Source: Magallana gigas
Taxonomy: Eukaryota
Assembly (NCBI RefSeq): GCF_963853765.1
Contig: NC_088856.1
Location: 14,942,001-15,006,000, forward strand
Direction of reading: 5' to 3'
Length of the DNA stretch: 64,000 nucleotides
Part shown: positions 39,301 to 51,653 of the stretch, piece after piece
How the letters are laid out: the number at the start of each line of letters is the position of its first letter
How positions within the stretch are numbered: the first letter of the stretch is position 1
Position numbers and translations under genes: made by a program
The notes under the pieces: model-generated
What the model saw: only the letters and a program-made list of their open reading frames with translations
The model's database searches: none
Told to the model about the DNA's origin: nothing

Positions 39301-40124
39301 GAGGTAACTTTTGTTATAAATTAAAGTTTATGCATAAGGCACGTTTATCACAGTTGCCGTTTCATATGAGTCAGTGAATTGATTTCATTTTTAGACCAAG
39401 GACCTATGATTTTTCAAAACACTATCCACACTTTAACAATATTGGTTAATTTCTCCGTAGAGATGAATAGTTCTTCTATCTGTCTTGATATACAATTGCC
39501 CATATGTGATTTGTAGCCTTGAACTCCCGGGCTGCCCGAGTTTTAATTGCCCTTGTGATCCCTGGTCACCTGATCTTCATGTACACCATCTCCTACATGA
39601 AGGCAGGACACACCAGTATTACCTGGACATTCGCTCTCTTCTACCTCACAGCCGCTCTCCTTCAGGTTAGTCTCTTTGGTAAAATTCATGATGCTTGTTA
39701 CAAAAAAACCCATTTGCACCTTTGTAAATTAATATATGTTCAAGGCAAATTGAAATAAAATTCATTTGTAGAAAGCTAGCATGCACATTCAGCATTCTTT
39801 TTCACTAAAAGATTAAGAAGATTTTAGCCAATCAAAATACATGTAATTATGAATTCTGATGTTTCCTTATCCCGTGTGTGTTTGTTCAACACATACATAG
39901 GACATGCTCAACAGCCTCAAACTTCAAACATTTTGTAGGTTGTCATCCTTCTGTATGTCTGTCACTGGATGATTCACTTCATATGGAGGCTGGGGGATGA
40001 TCCGGACAACGTGGCCATCCCCTACCTGACCGCCATCGGGGACCTCCTGGGCACCGCCTTCCTGGCGGTTGCCTTCCACCTGCTCTACTTAGTTGGAGAC
40101 AAAGACGCCGACCTTGGGGACTAG
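36390..40124 (+). CDS. SLC41A: SLC41 family (MgtE-domain) Mg2+ transporter, 529 aa; exons 36390-36812, 36932-37039, 37284-37355, 37519-37663, 37923-38217, 38461-38534, 39047-39184, 39517-39665, 39939-40124
   Basis: [54 protein letters not shown] and [18 protein letters not shown] are SLC41 signatures. 1590 nt in frame. Likely co-ortholog of vertebrate SLC41A1-3. Confidence 0.95.
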
Positions 40125-40759
40125 ATCTGAGCCGGAGTATAACCTTGTAGACAGGAAGATAGCTCTGTAGACAGGGAGATAACTCTAAATTTTTACTGAC
40201 CTGCTCAAAAGCTCAAACAGAATAAACTACAAGGCTGGTTGTAATTTTATGTTTGAGGCTTTAAATACCCTTAAGGAAACATGGCATTTGATACCTCTGC
40301 ATGATATACAAAAATACATCAACAGCTTGTACATTTTGGTGCTTGGCATAGTAATGTTTTGTGTAGTGACATAGTCAAAGACAGCAAGTTTTTGCTAAAT
40401 CATGAAAAGAACTGTTGTTAATGCATGTATTTAGCCATAACAATTTATAAGAATCTAGCTGCTTGTCACTGTAGACACACAGGCCAACTGATATAAATTG
40501 TGTTATTGATGTTGATGTGTGTCTGCTGAATAATTATCATGAATTCATGTCTCCTTTTTTCCATGACATAAATATAATATTATTATGTACATGTATTACA
40601 TGAACACAGAAAAAAAATACTTGTCCAAATTTGTTGCAACAATTTTGAGTTTTTGTTGGAAATTTTTTGAAATGGCATTGCTGATTGAATGAATACTCTT
40701 TAAATGTTGTCTAGTCAGTGTAGAGAGCTTGCAATAAGTGCAATAATATCACGATAGGA

Positions 40760-40979
40760 TACTGTGGAATCATTTTTATTTGTGGTGTTCAATGTTTGTG
40801 GGTAGCCAAAATTTTCCTAGTCAGCGGAAACATAATTTCGTTGGTAGTGTAATCAGGATCATTTTGATTAATAATAAACAAGTGATTGTGTGTAAATTTG
40901 CATGGATGTAAATTCGTGGGCAAAGGTTACCCATGAAAGCCACAAACATTGGTCCTCTACGAACAATGACTCCACAGTA
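40760..40979. mobile_element. Tc1/mariner-type MITE
   Basis: ta|ctgtggaatcatt ... aatgactccacag|ta, with TA TSD. Confidence 0.75.
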
Positions 40980-41392
40980 ATATTTACTCTTCTGTATTCT
41001 GCTGGTTTACAGGTGGTTCAAAACATACAAACATGTACATGTTAACTATTGATATTTACTCCCATTATTATTTAAATATTATGAAGGGATATGAGTTATT
41101 GAGTAAACTAACTACAGTTTTTTGTATGCATTGTTAACAAAGTTTGTGAACATCTCTCAGTCACAAACATCAGTTCCCCATTTTTTTTAAATATAAGTGC
41201 TTTGCAAAAATTATTGGTAAATCTGTACACTATGGACATCTGTTTACCAAACAAAAGACATGTAAAACCATTGCTTTGAAATTTGTATATCGTTCAATTT
41301 AATGATTGATGCCTGCATTTATGATTGGAAACAGACCTAGATTTACTGCCAAACTACCGATAGTCCACCGGTATGTTCTTTTTAGTGTGAAT

Positions 41393-41554
41393 TACTGTAT
41401 GCAGGGAAATATTCGCCTCTGGTTTTTTTCTTGCTCCTTTCCCCTTGTTCCGAATTTCAATGTCTCAACTGTGTCTGGGTAAATTCAAGACTGGGCGAAG
41501 CCTTTTGCAAGTATAGAAGGCCGAAATAATACCTCGTGAAAATAACCCTGTTTA
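41393..41554. mobile_element. MITE remnant (tactgtatgcagggaaatattcgcc ... gaaaataaccctgt)
   Basis: Imperfect terminal inverted repeats; right end eroded. Confidence 0.45.
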
Positions 41555-41858
41555 GGGTCTAAGATAGTTAATTCTTTTAACGAGGCCCGAGCTAGTTCGC
41601 GTTTTCGATCTCATTGCGCAGCTCGAATGGTTTCCGGTTGGCGTTTTGCTCTCGCTTTCGTAATATGTAGAATAGATGGAGTTTAATCTAAACGTAAATA
41701 ATTACTTTCTTTTAAACATAAAATAAATTAATATTGCATATTTTTAGCAGTTTAACCTAGTTTGACACAACGAATTAATTTACGACTTCTTCAAGTTCTT
41801 GTCACTTTACGGCATTGTTTACGTTGACACCAGACGACTGTCAGACAGGCCGTCGAAG

Positions 41859-42549
41859 ATGGTTAACAGAACGAAAAAAGGAAGGTTTTTAAAACCGACA
41901 CAGGTTGCACGTTATAATCAGCAATTGAAAAATTTACACAAATCAAGTGAAGAATGTGACCAGCTCGTAAATCTTGATACTTTTGTGCCTTTATTTGATA
42001 CTCAATCTACTCCTGCTGCGGGCAGCACTTTAGATGATCATTCGTATATACAGTCAACAGGTTCTTTTGATGAAATTAATGAAGCATTTTTTAGTGGAAA
42101 ATTAAGAGCTTTAGACTTTACAAGACATGTGGTAGATCTGCAAGCATTGTTCAACAACATGAAATGCGTGGATTGCGCAAATGTGTCATTGAAGTTCAAG
42201 GATGCTGTGGGAGTTTTACCAGCTGGTATTTGTGGGCACTTGGTGATAAGGTGCTACAACTGTCTTCGGATTGTACAAGTTGCCATGGGAAAAACACATT
42301 CATCACCACATGGTCAACAGATATTTGATGTAAACACCAAATTAGCAACTGGTATGTATATATAATATACATGTATTTATCCTTTTTTTTAAATACCACA
42401 TAAAATTTCCACAAAATAAAAAGTGAAAAAAAAATTGAATCACAATGAAAATTAAAGAAAAACTATTCAATTATTATCATCAATTAAACACACAATTAAC
42501 TTATTTTCTAAAAATCAAAATAATTTAGTTTTTTATGTATGAGAGAGTC

Positions 42550-42592
<43 letters not shown>

Positions 42593-45500
42593 TATGAACA
42601 GTAGATATTTTATTTTAAAGTATGCAAAATGTGATTGTGCCTATTTTTTGTAAATTTGAAAGCTATACTGGCGTGCGACCAGTTCTCGCCGAGTATCATT
42701 TCTCGCCCGTACATTGTGATGTCATTTTATGAACACATAAAATTATAAACGAAAAATGACGTCACAATGTACTGGCGAGAAATGGTACTCGGCGAGAACT
42801 GGTCGCACGCCAGTACAATTTATGTATTAGGGATATTCACCATTAAATTTTGATGCCTTTAAATTTTCTGCTTTTACAGTTTTGCTATACACATTCTAAA
42901 TTTATAGGCATGTACCATAGTGGAATTGGTCCAGTCCAACTTAACAACCTTTTCACATCAATGAACTTGCCAAACATCAGTGAGAGCCTGATAAGAAGAA
43001 GATGTGATGAAGTAGGGCATGTGCTGGAAGACTTGGCCGAGGAATCTACCAGTAAAGCTCTATGTGAAGAGGGGCATTTATCAGCCACAAGTAAGCATAT
43101 TTGAACTTTTTCTAATGAACATGCATGTACATTTAGCTTTGACACTGTTGAAAGTAAGATTTTTAAATCAATTAAAGTTAACTTAGGTAAATATTACATC
43201 ACAAATTACACATTAAGGCCAAAAAAAAATTATTATAGTTATATATTTTAGTTTTTTATCAATGAAAACACATTTTTGCACAAATCTATTAATGTAATGG
43301 TATATACCGCCACCCAATCCTATCGCTCACCCAAAATAAATAATTGGCCTAAAAAAAGATTCAATGCATTCTAAATGGAAACAAAAATGAAAATCTAAAT
43401 GATACAACTAAAGTAAANNNNNNNNNNNNNNNNNNNNNNNNNNNNNNNNNNNNNNNNNNNNNNNNNNNNNNNNNNNNNNNNNNNNNNNNNNNNNNNNNNN
43501 NNNNNNNNNNNNNNNNNNNNNNNNNNNNNNNNNNNNNNNNNNNNNNNATTACAGTAAAAAATGGAATTGAGTCATTCTGTTGTACATTAATGTTTAACAA
43601 AATTTATCAATATTTTTAGACAGTATTGAGTCCACTGGAATAACAGCTTCTGCAGATGGTGCTTACCAGAGAAGAGGATCAGGAAGATGTTACAATAGTC
43701 TGTCAGGTAAATAACAAATGTCGATGTATTACATAAAGTTTAGTGTTATTTTTAATTCCTTTGTAATAAGACACAACATTTTATTAGAACTGACTGCTCT
43801 GCATGTACATAATGTACTGTACCCTACAGTGATCAGTTGGTCTGTCAATCTGTCCATTTATGAATCTTTGTTTGGGGCGGAACAAATCTTGCTTTTCCAT
43901 AAAGGCCAAACATATTTTTTTTATCTTGTTTATGATTCAGAAAGTAATTTTTTGGCAGATCAATATATATAGATTATTACATGGCAATTTTTATATCGCA
44001 TCCTATATTAGCCCGAGGTCGCTGTATATCATCTCTGATAAACTTCTATGGAATTTTTTGCGCCAGCTGTTTGTATACCAAGTTGACATTAATTGACGTC
44101 ATACTCGGAGATCGAAGTTGAAGGACGCATACCGAACTCTACATCATAATAGCCGATAATTAACGGAAAGGGTTGTGATATAACATACGAAGATTGCCGG
44201 GTTTATATCACACCCCTAGGCGAATTTACTGTTTATATCGCACAGGGCGGAAAAGGGTATATTTTCTATAAGTATACGATATATTAATAATGATTATACA
44301 TGCAGACTTATTAATGCTGTTTGAATATTACAGGCACTGCAACTCTAATTGGTAAAAGGACTGGCAAAATTGTGGGTTTCTCTGCTCGATACAAAAGATG
44401 CAGAAAATGTGATGTGGCGAAGGCGAAGCACAGAACCCCCAACAAGCATGCATGTAAGAAAAATTGGACTGGCACCGCGAAATCTATGGAACCTGACATG
44501 ATTGTAGAAATACTTAAGGAAGTCAAAGACAAGAATAATCCTGTTGTTACACTGATTGGAGATGACGATTGCACAGCTTTCAACAGAGCAAGATGTGAAG
44601 TTAGTTCTTGCATTGAAAAGTTAAGTGACAGAAATCATGTGAAAAAGAATATTTCCAACAAACTCTATAAATTAAAATCAAAACACAAAGAGCTTTCTGT
44701 TAAAACGATTACGGCCATAATGAAGAGTTTCAGCTACATGCTAGCACAGTGCAAGGAAGACACGGACAAAATAGAAAAATCTATAGACTCTGTTGTTCTT
44801 CACCAGTTTGGTGACCATGTAAAATGTGGCGAATGGTGTAACATGAAGGAAAACCCAACTGCTAGACACAAGAATCTTCCATGGGGAGCAGATCTACAGA
44901 ATGAAAAACTGAAAACTGATTTATTGACTTTGTTCAGAGATCTTGATCCCAGCAAGCTAAGCAGACTAGACTCTAGCAACTGCAATGAAAGCTTTAACAA
45001 TACGTTAAGATCTAAGGCTCCAAAAGACAAGCACTACAGTGAGAGTGGAAGCTTGGCATATAGACTTTCTGCAGCTGTTTGCCAAAAGAATGAAGGCTAT
45101 AGCTATGTAGCAAAGGTATTAAAACTTTGAGTGGAGCATTCTATTTTTTTTAGGACAAAAATCAATGATGATGTACATGTAATTATGAAATAATTTTCAT
45201 TTTCTTGTTTTAATAATTGAGTGCTATCTTTTAGGTTCATGAGAAGCTTGGACTTAGTCCTGGGACAGCAACAACCTCGCTAGCCTCCATCAGAGACAGA
45301 GATGTTCATCGCAAAAGAGAAGTTTCAAAAACAAAAGAATTCAAGGTATATAAAAATAATATAGATGAATTTCATACAAATTTTCTTTAAGCTTACACAG
45401 CAAAAAAAACCCTCAAAATATACCATAATTATAGTATTAAACTTCATATAGGCATAGATGTATATGTACGTATGCATGCATGATCAAACCTTTTCATTAG

Positions 45501-46167
45501 TAAAGATATATAGAAATTGTTTATACATGTAATTAAAATCTATTCATTTGTTACTTTACAAGATGACAATTAGATTGGTTTCTTTTTGCACAGTTGCAAC
45601 GTCAAAAACTAAAGAGTGAAAGGAGTGGAGAAACTAGGAGCCAAGAAGTCAGAGAGGGTGACAGCTACTCATCAAATCTTTTAGGTGATTTTACTTAGTA
45701 ATTCTATAAGAGTATATCTATTTTTGATTGATCATTTAGATATTTAGCCAAAAGTATGTACGATCTTATTACCGGTATATACCACTATGCAATCAAGGTT
45801 TAAGGGAAGGTGAGGAAAACATTAGAGTTGCCAAGTTTGTCCTGTGACTTTCAAATTTTGGGTGCAGATTCCAATCTGACTCATACTTTATACACAATGT
45901 GTATTTGGTGGGCAGTATAATTTGAACAAAGTTTCTAGTTCAAATGTGATGGTGATACTAGTAGTCTTATGTGTAAGTTCCTTATCTACTATATAATTAT
46001 ATCAGTGATACAATTATAATACATTTATTGTAGGAGACACACCTGACCCAGATATGGAAGTAATTCCTGGACCATCAGATGTTTGTAACGCCAAAACAAT
46101 TGTATACTATGATCTGGAGACAACAGGATTGAGTATGTCTACATTTGTACATTAATTTATATAGTTA

Positions 46168-46200
<33 letters not shown>

Positions 46201-46291
46201 ATTATGATCACATTTTGTCTGTCGTCCGTCTGTCTGTCTGTCCGTTTGTCCGTCCGTCTGTCTGTAAACTTTTCACATTTTCAACATCTTC

Positions 46292-46340
<49 letters not shown>

Positions 46341-46764
46341 AGCCTAAGGGGATTCAAAGTTGTGAAAATTAAGGACCACGCCCTTTTGCAAAGGGAGATA
46401 ATTAGGAATTTATGAAAATTTTCGAGAAATTTTCAAAAATCTTCTTCTCATGAACCATAAGACCAGGAAAGCTGAAACTTGTGTGGAAGCATCCTCAGGT
46501 AGTGTAGATACAAAATTGTGAAAATCATGACCCCCGGGGGTAGGGTGGGCCACAATGGGGGGTCGAAATTTAACATAGGAATATATAGAGTAAATCTTTA
46601 AAAATCTTCTTCTTAGAAACTAATCAGCTAGGAAAGCTGACACTTGTGTGGAAGCATCCTCAGGTAGTGTAAATTCAAAGTATGTATTATGTATTATTGT
46701 ACATTGTCCAGATAGTTTGTATTATGACTCCATTAAGCTGATTTTATCATACCTATTGTTTCTA

Positions 46765-46797
<33 letters not shown>

Positions 46798-48539
46798 TAT
46801 TAACCATGATTTTATGTTTCTTAACTATATTGAACAAAGTTTTTACGTATACTTCTGTTACTCTTAAAGATAATATAGAAGCTATAGAAAAATCCAAAAT
46901 GATAAATGTGAACCATTCAATCAATCAATCCGTCAATTTACAAATTATGTTCATTTGTTATTTTGTTTGATTTAGAGTTTTGCTGTTAAATGTTAGTTTG
47001 CATGATGTTTCCTTTTTGATACAATATTATCTTGTTTTTATTTTTACCAATAGCAGGTCAACATCAGGAATTCTAGGATTTCTACAATCACATCACACAG
47101 CCGACAGCTCTTTTCTTTGTAGCTAGTTCATCATTTATTTGCTGGTATATTTCTGATCAATCATAGAAATGTTTTATAGCTCGATTAAACATCTAATAAT
47201 CAGACTTCAAGCATAATATATAAGAAATTTATCACATTTTTAGCTCAAAATCAATGGATATCACTTTTTTTCATGCATAAAGTTGTTGACATACCAGTAT
47301 TGTAGTAAATGTGTTATGTGGCTTACAACAGTGAAATTTGTTGAACAGATCAAAGTTAAACAAAAGATGTGGAAAAACATGATAAAAAGATCTCTCATGA
47401 TTTGCGATGGCATATGAATTTTATCCAACTCGCTGTGTTTTCTATCCCCTTGCCAATACTAAGGGATAGAAACACAAGAAAAGAAATAAATAGCAATGTC
47501 GAAAAGTTCACTGGAATGTAAACTTGGTTGGTCACGTGACCAAAGGAAGGACTTCTCAGAAGATCTGATTATGTACCATTGCAACCAAGTTCATATCCCA
47601 GTGAACTTTTTAATATTGCTAATTATTACTTATATTAATTTACTTTTGAGAAAGTAAAATCTTTCTGAATTATAAATATAATGGTATCCTGTTTTTATGT
47701 TTTTGGATGTATGGGTAACCATTTCTCATTCCTTCTCTTCTCTTATAGGTAGAGAAAGCTCTATTATTCAAATTTCGGCAGTCTGTGAAGACCAAAAATT
47801 CAACAAATATGTCACACCAAGCCAGGACATTTCAGAAGAGGCCAGTAGAGTGACTGGAATGAAGTTTGATGCCTCAACCAATGAGCTGCTCCATAACAAT
47901 GTAGCTGTGTCACACAATCATCCACTACAAGTTCTTTTGGACTTTATTCAATTTGTTATGTTACTAGGGAAAAGCTGTGTATTAGTGGCACACAATAACA
48001 AATGTTTTGATTCTATTGTACTGTATAATCAGCTGAAATATTATAAAATATGGAACCACTTTTGTAAATATGTAGTGGGGTTTTGTGATACCTTGCCTTT
48101 TTTTAAAGTTGTGTATCCTGGTTTTGATTGTTATAAGCAAGAATATCTTGCTCAAAAAGTGTTGAATGAGTCTTATTCAGCTCATAATTCATTAGCTGAT
48201 TCTGAAATGCTTCAGACCCTTGTGAAAAGTAGTGGGAAAGTTGATGTTTTACTCGCTGATTTTTTTTATAGTACAGTTCAAGTGACTAGTCATGGTGTTC
48301 AACCATCTGTAGAATCCATAGAGTATTTACAGAAGCAAAATGTCATTTCAAAAGCAACTTTGAAAAAGATCAAATGTTCGTCACTATCATACAACCATTT
48401 GAAACTTGCATTTGAAAGAAAAGGTTTTGATGGTGTGTTTTTCTTGTTTAGTGAAAAGACAAGTGATGGTAAAGCTAGAGTAAGCAGCAATTATAAAGTT
48501 GCAAAGAAGGTTGCTGAATTTTTTTCAAGTTTGCAATAA
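41859..48539 (+). CDS. DDE transposase fused to a DEDDh 3'-5' exonuclease, 878 aa; exons 41859-42351, 42908-43090, 43620-43706, 44334-45115, 45235-45345, 45594-45684, 46034-46132, 47749-48539
   Basis: N-terminal CxxC...CxxC; catalytic-type motifs ASADGAYQRRG, LIGDDD and SNCNESFN; RCRKC...HACKKNW; C-terminal ExoI YYDLETTG, ExoII VAHNNKCFD and ExoIII AHNSLADS. 2637 nt in frame over canonical GT-AG introns. An extra exon hidden in the gap at 43418-43547 cannot be excluded. Confidence 0.85.
42553..42588 (+). repeat. (GA)n microsatellite
   Basis: Direct reading. Confidence 0.9.
42666..42815. mobile_element. Near-palindromic MITE with TA TSD in transposase intron 1
   Basis: ~63-bp arms tactggcgtgcgaccagttctcgccgagta... 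/ ...tactcggcgagaactggtcgcacgccagta. Confidence 0.85.
46168..46796 (-). mobile_element. Internally deleted HINE (same family as 101-2608) in transposase intron 7
   Basis: Reverse complement of both HINE termini, the (gtcc/gtct)n microsatellite and ~2 satellite monomers. Confidence 0.85.
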
Positions 48540-48829
48540 ATATATATCATCATGTTGTATTTGTTAAAACATTTTGTGTTATTACATTTTATGGATATCA
48601 ATCTTGTAATATGTCTGCATGTGTATTACATTAATTAAACTGTTGTCACTGTTATATCATCTCAATTCTGCCTTACTAACATGTTGTGTTTCAATGCAAT
48701 CCAACCACACTATAAATAAAAATTTTCAAATGATTCAATCATTATTCTCCTACTGATTGTAAATTTTATCCATTATAAGCAATATTAGCTCTCTGCATGG
48801 GAAAAAAATCCATACACAAGATTTGGAAA

Positions 48830-49990
48830 AAATGGCCTCTTTAACTATGAATTGGGTTTTGAGACACCCCTCTTCATATTTCAAGAGGGAAACGCCTTTT
48901 TTTCTTTTTTCAATTTTTGATAGAGGAAAATTATTTGAATGTAATATACATATCATTGAATTTCCATCCTCCAAAGTTTGAAAAATATCACAAGAATGGC
49001 TAAAGATGACCATTCATTTTTACCTTTATATTGGATTTTGAGATGCTCCTTCTTTGTATTTTCAAGGAAAACACATTTTCTGCATCAGTTTTGAAAGAGA
49101 GCGAAATGTTCTATGTTCATATGAAGCATTGAATCTTCCATTTTATAATATTTAGCTTAGCATAAAACGTAAGTTCTGCAAAAGATGACCATTTTCACCT
49201 ATACATTGGGTTTTAAGACGCCCCCTCTTTATTATTTTTAGGGAAACACCACATTATCTTCATTAATTTTGAAAGAGGAAGAACTGATGTGTGTTATATA
49301 TGTAGCATTGAATATTCCACCCTCTAAAGTTTAGCATAGCGTAAAAAGTCTTACAAAAGATGACCATTTTCACCTATATATTGGGTTTTGAGATGCTCCC
49401 TCTTCATTTCTTTTAGGGAAACACCTCATTGCCTTCATCAATTTGGAAAAAAGAAAAAATGATGTGTGTTATATATGCAGCATTGAATCTTCCATCTTCT
49501 AAACTTTAGCCTAGCATAAAACGTTCTGCAAAAGATGACAATTTTCACCTATATATTGGGTTTTTGAGACGCCCCCTCTTCATTTTTTTAGGGAAACACC
49601 ACATTATCTTCATCAATTTTGAAAGAGGAAGAATTGATCTGTGTTATATATGTAGCATTGAATATTCCACCCTCTAAAATTTAGCATAGCGTAAAGTCTT
49701 ACAAAAGATGACCATTTTCACCTATATATTGGGTTTTGAGACGTTCCCACTTAACATTTTCAAGGGAAACACCCCTCATTTTATATTTATTTTCAAAGAC
49801 GGAAGTAAAAGTGTTCATTTTGTATCAATTGTTCGATTTTCTACCCTCTAGAATTTTTTCTACATCAAAAGAAAGATACCAAATTTCCATTTTCCCTATA
49901 TAATGCATACAATTTTCCAACAAAATGAATACATATTTTGAGACTCCCCCTATTCACTACAATAAGGGAAACATGGTAATTTTTTTACGT
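48830..49990 (+). repeat. ~175-bp tandem array (about 6-7 units) near the right end of the transposon
   Basis: aagatgaccattttcacctatatattgggttttgagac...gggaaacac recurs at ~49003, 49181, 49358, 49532 and 49705. Confidence 0.85.
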
Positions 49991-51653
49991 CACTTAATTG
50001 AAAGTGTGATTTAAAGTATCTACCATAGAAATAAGCAAATTCCACCCTACAGTATTTTAATTATTCAACTAGAATGGGCCTCGTTAAATTCAATTGTTTT
50101 GCATTTTTTTACGTACACTTCCAAAAAGCTGCAAACTCAAATCTTTTCAGCTATAAAAAGTAAAGTTGTCTCACGTTTAGCTTCCAATAGGGAATTCTCC
50201 ATTATTTAGTTATAAAATCATGGACATACATACAATGTATAAAGGTTCACCCGTAGGAATCTTGTAGTCTTCACAAATCAGGAGCACATATCATAATGTA
50301 TATTCAAATTGTGTCAAATCTTTGTTTTTGAATTAGGTTATTACAAGTATTTTTATATGTGTATTTAAAATTTTATTGTTGGCAAAAGATTAATTGTGGA
50401 GTTTTTTATCAAGAAGTAAAAAAAAAATGGATTGTTTCACTGATATTCCACTGTAGCATGCATTTTAAATTAATTTGTCCTTGCTGCAATGGATGTCATT
50501 TATTTAAAATATTTAACAAATGTGATGATTCTTAATAATATTATGATTTTAATCATATTTTATTTGTAATGATTTTAAGGATGCTTGTCCTGTGATATTT
50601 TCTGAAAGAAAGGTTGTTTGATGTTGAAAGGGATTTTTTGTGTAATTTCTGTGTCAACATATCTAGATTTGAAGAGTTTGATAAGCCAACCTATCTGTAT
50701 TTTTAATGCTCAGTATGATGGTCATCAAATGACATTTTCTTGGCAAGAAACTCTATTCAGAATTAATAACTTGGGAATAATGTATCAGGATTCTATTTAT
50801 CGCAATATATGTATAACAAATTTTTTGTCTCATTTTAAACCCTTGTTACTCTGGTGACACAGATGCACTAGTATGTGGTGATATTGTATTGGGAAATGGG
50901 CTCTTGTAATTTACTTGTCAGTGAAGTGTGAAGTCTGTATTATATTTTTTATTTTCATCTACAAAGACAATCCTTTGAAATCTTAATCTATTTTCTATTT
51001 TAGAAAATGAAACTGATAACACTAAAGATACATTCATTCTTAAGACATCATGTACTAAGATTCATTTTGTGAAACATTAGAATTTGACCCTCTCCTGGCA
51101 TTCCACTACTTTTGGTACATTCCTCTCCTCTGTGTTTATATGGTGCTCATAGAAGGCAGTGATGTCAAGGAAAGTTGTCCCTATATACTGTAAGGTTATA
51201 TTTTGCCAAAAACAATAAACTTACAAACCATTGGAAGTGTTAGTTCTTGTCATGTTGACTGATGAATGTGGTTTGATTGATCAGTCATTTGTTGTAAAAC
51301 GTCCATTGCAGTAATTTCTTTTTATGATGTGTAAGTATTGCACAAAACTTCATCATATTTGGCTTCGAATTACAATGGGAGAATCGTTTTATGTTTACAT
51401 TTCCATTATGTGAGATTCTATTCTGCAAAGTTAGACCATTTACTTGAAAAGTGCGACTTCAAAATGGATATTTACTGATTCTGTAAAATCTGTCGGTTAG
51501 GATTTATTTGCTTGAATTATAAAGGGACTTTCAGTACTTCAGTACTTTGATTATATAAAGCATAGTAAAAGTTACACACTAACATGTACAGTGCTGCACA
51601 AATTCAGAAAAATGTGCTAAATGAGTGCAAAAGAAAATAATGCATATGACATG

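Larger units (their letters stand above)
41581..50083 (+). mobile_element. 8.5-kb TTAA-flanked TIR DNA transposon (Kolobok-like, KolobokP-like gene content)
   Basis: TTAA at 41577-41580 and 50084-50087; TIR cgaggcccgagctagtt versus the reverse complement cgaggcccattctagtt (14/17 match). Encloses a transposase-exonuclease gene and a subterminal tandem array. Confidence 0.8.

Noticed and set aside
41581-50083. Long terminal direct repeats or a Polinton/viral-type element
   Set aside because: No repeat of the left-end sequence was seen at the right end beyond the short TIR, and no polymerase, capsid or ATPase ORFs were found.
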